From a virus (Duplodnaviria > Caudoviricetes), in the IMG/VR virus record IMGVR_UViG_3300010376_000072, positions 1-39,839 of that record: DNA of 39,839 bases; one strand, given 5' to 3'. Numbering within the stretch: position 1 is the first letter of the stretch; each line of letters opens with the position of its first letter. The translations under genes were made by a program, and so were the position numbers. This document shows, one piece after another, positions 17,429-24,947 of the stretch. The notes beneath the pieces were generated by a model. That model searched no databases and was not told where the DNA came from. It saw nothing but the letters and a program-made list of their open reading frames with translations.

Positions 17429-18106
17429 ATGAGCGACTACTGGGCCCCCATGGCTCCCGACAACTCCGGCGTGCTGCGGCGCGTCGGAGGCGACGAACGC
17501 ATGTTCGTTCAATTCACCCGCCGCTCGCGCAAGAACAGCTACAAGTCCGAGCTCGAGGGCCGCCCGATCCATGAGCCGATCGACTATGTGAAGATCATGC
17601 AGCCTGGCGAACGCGACGCCGTCGAACGCCCGGTGATGGATTCGGACAAACAACGCTGGCCGCAAATCTGGGAGGCGTTCCAACGCGGCGTCGAACAAAC
17701 GCCCGAAGGAACGCCGGTCACGTTCCTCTTTCCGAACCAGCCGCATATCACAGACTTGCTGCTCGATCTGCGCATCCAAACCGTGGAGCAGCTGGCGAAC
17801 CTCACCGAGCAGGGCATCGAACGCCTGGGCATGGACGGTCGTAAATACGTCTCCCGCGCCCAGGCGGCATTGGACGAATCGGTCGCGGTCCGCGAGGTCA
17901 CGCGCCTGGAGCACGAGCTCAACGACCAAAAAGACCGTGTCGCCTACCTTGAGCAACGCGAAGAAGGCCTGATGAAGCGGATCGATGCGCTTGAGCGCGT
18001 CATGCAGGACCGTGAGAGGCCGATGGAATGGCCGCCGCCCCGGCCACGCGCTGAGAGCTCGGCACCGACGCCGCCGCCGCCAGAGCGTCCGCAATTGGTG
18101 CCCTGA
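17429..18106 (+). CDS. Conserved-looking phage protein (head/tail module)
   Basis: EGRPI...DYVKIMQPGE...RWPQIWEAF...GTP...TVEQLA, followed by a coiled coil. Confidence 0.7.
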   Translation: MSDYWAPMAPDNSGVLRRVGGDERMFVQFTRRSRKNSYKSELEGRPIHEPIDYVKIMQPGERDAVERPVMDSDKQRWPQIWEAFQRGVEQTPEGTPVTFLFPNQPHITDLLLDLRIQTVEQLANLTEQGIERLGMDGRKYVSRAQAALDESVAVREVTRLEHELNDQKDRVAYLEQREEGLMKRIDALERVMQDRERPMEWPPPRPRAESSAPTPPPPERPQLVP

Positions 18107-19050
18107 TGGGCTCTGCCCTAATCCAGCTTTGCCAGGACGCCGCGATCGAGCTCGGCCTGCCAGTGCCGAATATGATCGTGCGCGCGTCCGACAACACGGG
18201 GCGCCAATTCGGCGGCCTGGTAAACCGGGTCGGGCGACTGCTTCTCAGACTGAACGACTGGACGTTCCTGACACGCGAAAATCATCTCACCGTGCCGGAG
18301 CCGATCCAGTTTCCGAACGCACAGCTTTTCGTCGGGTCAAACACGATCTCAGGCGTGCCGAGTGCGATCGCCACCCAGCTGCAGCCCTCCACCATGATCG
18401 TCTCCGGCTATGGCATCATGACCTCGGTCCGGCTGATTACCGTCGATCGCGTGGCGGGGATCGTGACGATCGATCAGCCGGCAACATTCACCGGGCGGTC
18501 GGATCTGATGTTCCGCACCGATACACTGCCGCTGCCGGCGGACTACGAAAGACCGATCAACCGAACCTACTGGGATCGAAGCATGCGGTGGGAGCTCCGC
18601 GGCCCACAGTCGCCGCAGTCCGACCAGTGGGTGCGCAGCGGTATCGTTGCCACGGGGCCAAGGCGCATGTATCGCGAAATTAACAACGCGCTGCGTATCT
18701 GGCCGGCACCGATCCCGTCCGACTTCGGCTCGCAACTCATCCATGAATACATCAGCAGTTATTGGGTCAGAGACGCCGGTGGCGCGGCAAAACCAAGATT
18801 TACGGCTGATCAAGACACCTGCGTATTTGAAGATGACCTGATGACCATGGGGCTGAAATATCTTTTTTTCCAGATCAAAGGTTTTGATACCGCCGGCTTA
18901 GAACGACAGTGGCGGCTTGCCGTGCAAAATGCGATCGCGGTCGATGGCCCAAGTCCAACACTCGATATGGACAGGACAAGGTTCCCGATTTTTATCAGCC
19001 CGAGCAACGTGCAAGACGCGGATTTCCCGGGCTCGTTTGGCAATCGCTAA
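18106..19050 (+). CDS. Head-tail adaptor (tail tubular protein A-like)
   Basis: Position, plus LP-x-DY, W-DRS, IWP-x-P, EYISSYW and D-x-C-x-FEDDLM-x-x-GLK motifs. Confidence 0.7.
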   Translation: MGSALIQLCQDAAIELGLPVPNMIVRASDNTGRQFGGLVNRVGRLLLRLNDWTFLTRENHLTVPEPIQFPNAQLFVGSNTISGVPSAIATQLQPSTMIVSGYGIMTSVRLITVDRVAGIVTIDQPATFTGRSDLMFRTDTLPLPADYERPINRTYWDRSMRWELRGPQSPQSDQWVRSGIVATGPRRMYREINNALRIWPAPIPSDFGSQLIHEYISSYWVRDAGGAAKPRFTADQDTCVFEDDLMTMGLKYLFFQIKGFDTAGLERQWRLAVQNAIAVDGPSPTLDMDRTRFPIFISPSNVQDADFPGSFGNR

Positions 19051-20578
19051 TGGCAGTCATCGCACAACCAGCACATTTTGCAGCCCCGGTGGGCGGCTGG
19101 AATGCGCTCGATGCAATCGCGGCAATGCCGGCGACCGACGCGGTCAGGCTCGACAACCTGTTTCCGGAAACCTCTTATTTGCGCCTGCGCAGAGGCTCCC
19201 AAACCTGGGGCGGCCTCGGGGGCAATCCGGTGCGAAGCCTCATGACGTTCGCGCACTCTACCTTGGGCGATCGTTTGCTCGCGGCAAGCAACGGCACACT
19301 CTACGACCAAACCAATCCCCTGGCTGCCGTCCCCATCGGCACTGGCGCCGGCGATCGCTGGGAATATGTGAATTTCTCCACCCCGGCCGGGCAATTCTGG
19401 GTCGCGGTCAATGGCAACGCTCAGCAATTCTATTGGAACGGCTCCGGCACCATCACGGCCGGCGTCAATACGCAAGGCCCGCTGCTCTCGCATATACCTG
19501 CCTGGTCAATGATCACGGCATTTCAGTCGCGGCTGTTCTTCGCCGGAACCACCGACCTCTACCTTTATTATCTGCCGGTCAACGTGCTGCAGGGCGAAGT
19601 GCATGGCATCGATCTGGGCAGCTATTTCGTGCTCGGCGGCCAGATTGCGTTCTTAGGTACATGGACCAGAGACGATTCGACGCTGGGCATGAATGATTTG
19701 CTGGTGATCGGCACTACACATGGAGAGATAATTGTATATCGCGGCGTAGATCCGGACGACCCCTCCAACTGGTTCATGGTGGGACTGTTGAAACCGGCCG
19801 ACCGGTCTCCGGCCATCGGCAGTTATGTCGGCTCGGCCCCGATATGATGCTGGTCAATGAGGACGGATTCCAGGGGCTGGCGAACTATCTCGCCATGGGC
19901 GAATCTAAAGCGCTGACCTCGGCAATCTCGCGCAAGATCGGCAACGCGGTGACCGCGGCCGTGCGTGTTGGCAGGGACTTTGAGGGCTGGTGCGCCATTC
20001 TCTACCCAACCAAAAACGCACTGTGGGTCAACGTGCCGCAGACGGATGGCACTTACCAACAATATGTGGTCAACACCATCACCGGCTCATGGTGCCGATT
20101 TATCGGCCTGCAGGCCATTTGCTGGACGCTGGCCTTTGGCCGGTTGTTCTTCGGCACGAATAACGGGCTGGTAGTGCAGGCCGATGTCGGCGGCAACGAT
20201 GACGGCAGGCCGATTGCCTTCGATCTCTGCACCAGCTTTCAAGTTTTCGCGAACATCATGCAACAGAAACGCGCAACTATGGTGCGTCCATTTATCATCG
20301 CGTCGGGTCAGTGGCACCCGGCGATGGATGTGAACACGGATTATACCTTGACCGATATCTTCTCGCCGGTCGCCGTCGATAGCTACGAAACCGCTTGGGA
20401 CCAATTCAATTGGGATCAGGCAAACTGGGCTTCCTCGGGCACGCCGCAACATTATTGGTATTCGGTACAAGGCATCGGCACAGCGTTCGCGATACGCATG
20501 ACCGGCGTCGCCATGTCCGCGCAGCTGCAGCTGATGGCGTTAGATCTGACGTATGAGGCGGCCATTGGCTTTGTCTAA
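19050..20578 (+). CDS. Tail tubular protein B / nozzle-like protein, interrupted by a 1-nt frameshift at ~19789
   Basis: APVGGWNA...N-x-FP start and beta-propeller-like content. The halves join as VGL-x-ETGRPVSGHRQLCRLGPDMMLVNEDG if one base is restored. Confidence 0.75.
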
Positions 20579-20583
20579 GAGAA

Positions 20584-20612
20584 AGGGCGGCTTGGCCCAT
20601 ACCAACCGCCCT
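20584..20612 (+). terminator. GC-rich hairpin after the tail gene
   Basis: AGGGCGG(C)TTGG-CCCATA-CCAACCGCCCT, with no clear U-tract. Confidence 0.4.
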
Positions 20613-20669
20613 GAAAGTGGCCGTCAACGACGTGGAAGTGTGTGTGAAGCGCCATCATAGGGGATCAAC

Positions 20670-21206
20670 ATGCGAGCCGCAACGTTCCTCTTCGCCGCCT
20701 TGATGCCGATCGCGGCCGCTGCCACGCCGATCGCGCCAGGCTCGGAGCTCTCGATCAAGGGCAGTGACACATTTACCGATTCATCTATTAGCTTTGTCGG
20801 CGCCGCAGACGTCGGGGGCACGTCTGGGGACTTCGGGGTGCTACCGTTGTGCAACGGCTGTGTCACGATGATCGACACACTCACGCCCAATTCCTCGGGA
20901 TTGCTCTACAATGTCGGCGACGCGGGCGAAAATTCGACGCTGGTCCTGCGTCCTCCTCAGATTTTTATTCCGGACGGCTCGGCTGCATTGCCGTCGTTGA
21001 CGGTGCAGGGGACAGGGACGCTCACGCTTTCGGGCTTCGATGCCACCGAAGGGGAGTGGGAGCTCACCACCCAAGGCAATGGATCAGCCACCGCGCAGGT
21101 GACGTTCAGCGCAACCTCGGTGCCCTCGCCCGCGATTCCGGAGCCGGCATCGATCGCAATTCTCGGCACGGCACTTGCCGGCCTCGCTTTGGTGCGGCGA
21201 CGCTAA
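20670..21206 (+). CDS. PEP-CTERM sorting-domain surface protein
   Basis: N-terminal signal peptide MRAATFLFAALMPIAAAA, S/T/G-rich body, and C-terminal IPEPASIAILGTALAGLALVRRR. Confidence 0.9.
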   Translation: MRAATFLFAALMPIAAAATPIAPGSELSIKGSDTFTDSSISFVGAADVGGTSGDFGVLPLCNGCVTMIDTLTPNSSGLLYNVGDAGENSTLVLRPPQIFIPDGSAALPSLTVQGTGTLTLSGFDATEGEWELTTQGNGSATAQVTFSATSVPSPAIPEPASIAILGTALAGLALVRRR

Positions 21207-21679
21207 TGCCAGTCCTGCTGTTCGACCATTCTGAAGTGCTGGCGGGCTGGTGCGCCAAACGCATCGCGTACGTCGGCGATGGTGCATTCGGCCCCTGCCA
21301 AGCGATCGGGGTAGCCTCCGGCTACGGCAGCGACGATCAGCTGTATGCCGTGGTGGTGTTTCACGATTACCAGCCGACATTGTCCACCATCCAAGTTTCT
21401 ATGGCCGCAACCACGCCGAAATGGCTAACGCGCGGCGTGATCCAAGGAATCCTGCACTACCCGTTTCAACAGCTGGGCGTGTTCAAAATCTGGGGTGCGA
21501 TCCCGCACGAGAACAAGCGCGCGCTTAGGATGAACCTAGGCATAGGGCTGCGCCAGGACGGACTGCTCCGTCATCACTTCGGCAAGCGCCACCACGCGGT
21601 CATCGTGAGTATGCTCAAGACCGAATATGAGCGCAGCAAGTGGTTCGTCGATCTCGCGCAGAAAGCAGAGGCAGCCTAA
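21206..21679 (+). CDS. GNAT-fold acetyltransferase-like protein (typical podovirus tail/ejection module gene)
   Basis: WLTRGVIQGILHYPFQQLG...N-x-RAL-x-x-N-x-x-IG...G-x-LR. TAATG overlap. Confidence 0.75.
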   Translation: MPVLLFDHSEVLAGWCAKRIAYVGDGAFGPCQAIGVASGYGSDDQLYAVVVFHDYQPTLSTIQVSMAATTPKWLTRGVIQGILHYPFQQLGVFKIWGAIPHENKRALRMNLGIGLRQDGLLRHHFGKRHHAVIVSMLKTEYERSKWFVDLAQKAEAA

Positions 21680-22732
21680 ATGGGCAAACGCGCTCCCTCG
21701 GCGCCGGCGGCGCCAGATCCCGTCGCAACCGCGCAGGCGCAGACCGCAAGCAACGTTCAGACCGCGCAGACGCAGGCGGCCTTAAATCGGGTCAATCAAT
21801 ACACACCGTATGGCTCGTTGGTTTATTCGCAGCCGGATCCGAACAATCCAAACCAATGGCAGGCGGTTCAGACATTAAGCCCGCAAGAGCAGGCGCTTTA
21901 TAACCTTTCGACAAATGCCCAACAGCTTTACGGCAATACCGCGCTGAACATGTTTGGCACCGCGGCGCAGTCCCTGCGGACGCCGATCAATACCGACTAC
22001 TCCTCTGTTCGCGACCAATACATCCAATCGCAGTTGGGACTGATCAACCCCCAGCTCCAACAGCAACAACAGGCACTGCAATCGCAATTGCAAAATCAAG
22101 GTGTCGCGCAGGGGTCCGACGCCTGGAACAATGCAATGCGAAGCTTCACCCAGCTGCAATCGCAGACCTATGCGCAGATCCTGGCGAACGCGCAGACCGG
22201 GGTGGGCCAGGCGATTCAGCAACAGATCGCGCTGCGCGATCAGCCATTGAACGAGGCTTCCGCGCTGCTCTCTGGCAGCCAGGTGCAAGGTCCATCGTTC
22301 ACCAATGTGCCGCAGACCTCGGTGCAGCCAACCTCGGTGCTCGATGCCTACCAGATGCAACAGAATGCGTTGTGGAATCAATATAATGCCCAGATGCAAC
22401 AATATTCCGGCATGCTCGGTGGCCTCGGCGGCCTAGCTGGCTCGCTCGGTAGCGCCGGCATCCTCGGCTACATGCTGGCGCCTCCCTCCGATCGGAACAT
22501 CAAGACCGATGAGAAGGAGGTTGGAAAACTGATGCTGCCGCAGGGCGAGCTCCCCATCAAAACCTTCCGTTTCAAAGGCGATCCGGTCAGGCGCATGGGC
22601 TTCGTCGCCCAGGATGTGGAGAAGGTCGCACCCGAGGCGGTCTTTACTCATCCGACAACGGGCATCAAAGGGGTGAACTACGCACGCGTTCTGCTGCACG
22701 CGCACCACCACGGCATGCGCGGCGGTTCATGA
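21680..22732 (+). CDS. Gln-rich internal virion/ejection protein with C-terminal S74-like domain
   Basis: MGK...AP-x-APDP...NQYTPYGSL, Gly-rich hydrophobic segment, then SDRNIK...GFVAQDVEKVAPEAV...VNYARV. Confidence 0.75.
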   Translation: MGKRAPSAPAAPDPVATAQAQTASNVQTAQTQAALNRVNQYTPYGSLVYSQPDPNNPNQWQAVQTLSPQEQALYNLSTNAQQLYGNTALNMFGTAAQSLRTPINTDYSSVRDQYIQSQLGLINPQLQQQQQALQSQLQNQGVAQGSDAWNNAMRSFTQLQSQTYAQILANAQTGVGQAIQQQIALRDQPLNEASALLSGSQVQGPSFTNVPQTSVQPTSVLDAYQMQQNALWNQYNAQMQQYSGMLGGLGGLAGSLGSAGILGYMLAPPSDRNIKTDEKEVGKLMLPQGELPIKTFRFKGDPVRRMGFVAQDVEKVAPEAVFTHPTTGIKGVNYARVLLHAHHHGMRGGS

Positions 22733-24333
22733 GCGATTGGGTCCAACGCGGCCTAGTGACCCCGCAACAGCGCGGGCAGATGTATTCGGGCGCATTGCTC
22801 CAAGCTGTCGGCGCGCCACAGCAGACCCCGCTTTCCGATTGGCTCGCAACGCAGCGCGCGCAGGCAGCACAACAAGGTCTTTATGATCCTGCGACCGGCC
22901 TGCCGACGTCTCAGGGGCTGCTACAGGCCGGCCGGCAATACGCCGGCGCCCTGGTCGCCGGCAGCACGGCGCCCGAGTTCAGGGCCCTCCCGGGCCTGCG
23001 TACCGCTGGAATTACCGCCGGCGCCGAGGACCGGATCTCGACCCGGATCCCGACCGCCCAGCGGGCCGAATATCCCTCCGGCGATCCGCACAAAACCGCG
23101 GACTACTCGATCGACACGGCGAGCTCACGGGCGGCTGAAGAGGCGCACGCGAACAACGCCGCGGCGATGCGTTCGGACGACTTCCCGGACCTCCCGGTGA
23201 AGGGAATACGTTCGTCGGATCGGATCGTGGATACCGCGCAGTCGCATATGATCGAGAACCTCAAATGGCTGCATCAGCAGATGGTCGATAAATTCGGCCA
23301 GGCGGCAGTCGATCGTATGGCACAGTGGTATGACGGGGCGAACGCAGTCGCCCACCGTTGGGCCGAGGAATACGGCTATCAGCCGCGCCAGGTCGCCGCG
23401 GCGATCGCGAATATGTCGCCACAGAAAGAGTGGAACCAGAACGCCAACCTGGCCGGGCGCATGCTCGGGATCCTGCGGGACCAGAGGAACGCCGCAACTA
23501 CGCCTGAGATGAACGACTGGGCGAAGGGCTATTTGGATCAGGTGCGGGCGGAGGCCGATAACCCCAAGAAGCAAGCCGCGGCGGACGAGCTCGCCATGGG
23601 CGTCAACGCCATTCGCAACCGGCGGTTCAACGAAATCAACGACCCAGAGACGCGCGCGCTGTGGCTGCGTGCATACGACGAGGCGCACAACCCGCGCGAT
23701 TATCCGCTAGTCACGCCCGAAGGGGACTTTGGTGAGACGGCGCTCACCGACAAAGGCGTCCCGCAGAAGGTGGCGTGGGGCTCTTTCAAGGAAATTGAGA
23801 AAGCCATGCGGGTGCTGGAAGGCGACGGCAGCCTGGAGGCGATCAGCCGCAGCCTCGGTGGTAATCACAAGGTGCGGTCGTTCTATAACAATATCATTGC
23901 GCCGATGCATGGCGACGACGTGACGATCGATACCCACGCGATCGCCGCCGCCCACCTCCGCCCGCTTTCCGGCAACGATGTCCCCGTCGAGCTCGGGCTT
24001 GGGCTGAAGGGTTCGAAGAGCGCATTTACCGGCACGAAGGGCAATTATGGCTATTACGCCGACGCCTACAGGCGCGCCGCCGAAGACCTGAAGCTGTTGC
24101 CTAGACAGCTACAGAGCATAACATGGGAGGGAGTGAGAGGATTATTCTCTCCTGAACTAAAACGTGATACTAGTTTCTGGAATCAGAACTGGTACCTATG
24201 GGACGCCTATAAACACGGTCGCACGCCGGATGCCGATCAGGTGCGCCAGAGCGTGCTGAACCACGCCGGCGGGATCGATGCGCCGCCATGGCTCCCCCAA
24301 CCCAAAATCGCGCCGGAGGCGCCAACCGAATGA
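22729..24333 (+). CDS. Putative injected effector with HhH-GPD/EndoIII-like glycosylase core (DUF7178-like)
   Basis: QWYDGA, ANMSPQKEWNQN, GNHKVRSFYNN...VTIDTHA, Y-x-x-AA...LPRQLQSITW, behind a Gln/Ala/Gly-rich leader. Confidence 0.6.
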   Translation: MSDWVQRGLVTPQQRGQMYSGALLQAVGAPQQTPLSDWLATQRAQAAQQGLYDPATGLPTSQGLLQAGRQYAGALVAGSTAPEFRALPGLRTAGITAGAEDRISTRIPTAQRAEYPSGDPHKTADYSIDTASSRAAEEAHANNAAAMRSDDFPDLPVKGIRSSDRIVDTAQSHMIENLKWLHQQMVDKFGQAAVDRMAQWYDGANAVAHRWAEEYGYQPRQVAAAIANMSPQKEWNQNANLAGRMLGILRDQRNAATTPEMNDWAKGYLDQVRAEADNPKKQAAADELAMGVNAIRNRRFNEINDPETRALWLRAYDEAHNPRDYPLVTPEGDFGETALTDKGVPQKVAWGSFKEIEKAMRVLEGDGSLEAISRSLGGNHKVRSFYNNIIAPMHGDDVTIDTHAIAAAHLRPLSGNDVPVELGLGLKGSKSAFTGTKGNYGYYADAYRRAAEDLKLLPRQLQSITWEGVRGLFSPELKRDTSFWNQNWYLWDAYKHGRTPDADQVRQSVLNHAGGIDAPPWLPQPKIAPEAPTE

Positions 24334-24569
24334 GTGACCATCCTAACCCGGGCGAGCGGGTCGTTCCGCTCTCCGAAGCGCAGAAGTTCGCAGACGAAGA
24401 TCCTATCCTGGAGCGCATGATCCGCAAAGGACTGCCACTCTCGCGCGACACTTACCTGACACTTGCGTGGGGCGTGGTGCCCAAGGACTGGGACGCTGAA
24501 CACGAGGCGGAAGTGCCGGAGTGCTTCCAGCTGCCGCTCGTCAACCAGAGGAGGCCTCCCGGTGCCTGA
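24330..24569 (+). CDS. Small acidic protein, candidate immunity or inhibitor partner
   Basis: 79 aa from ATG 24330 (ATGA overlap, RBS GGAGG): DEDPILERM...GLPLSRDTYL...WDAEHEAEVPECFQ. Confidence 0.6.
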   Translation: MSDHPNPGERVVPLSEAQKFADEDPILERMIRKGLPLSRDTYLTLAWGVVPKDWDAEHEAEVPECFQLPLVNQRRPPGA

Positions 24570-24939
24570 TGGAATAGCTGGACTAGGCTGGGGCGCCAAC
24601 ATGACGCCCGATCAGATGGATCAATGGCGGCGGATGATGATGGCGCAAACGCTGCTCGGCATGGGCCGCTCGTCCGTGGGGCCGACTTCGTCGCCCATGG
24701 GCGCCGTCAACCAAGCGATCTCGCCCATGCTCGGGGCGGCACTCGCCGGCCGCTATCTCGGCGGCGGCGGGCAGCCCGGTTATCCCGGCGCAACCAACCT
24801 TCCGCCGCAGGCGATCGGTGCGCCAGGGATCGGCCAAGAGGTGCTGAACCCGAACGTCAGGGGCTGGTGGGGCGGCATGCTCGGCCAGACAAATCCCTAC
24901 GTCGCCTCGGCACCTGCCGGTAACACCGCTTTATGGTGA
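24562..24939 (+). CDS. Small Gly/Met-rich internal virion (ejection) protein
   Basis: GTG 24562 with RBS GAGGAGG. Amphipathic QTLLGMG...SPMGAVNQAISPMLGAALAG resembles the N-terminus of the next gene. Confidence 0.6.
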   Translation: MPDGIAGLGWGANMTPDQMDQWRRMMMAQTLLGMGRSSVGPTSSPMGAVNQAISPMLGAALAGRYLGGGGQPGYPGATNLPPQAIGAPGIGQEVLNPNVRGWWGGMLGQTNPYVASAPAGNTALW

Positions 24940-24947
24940 GGTGAGCC

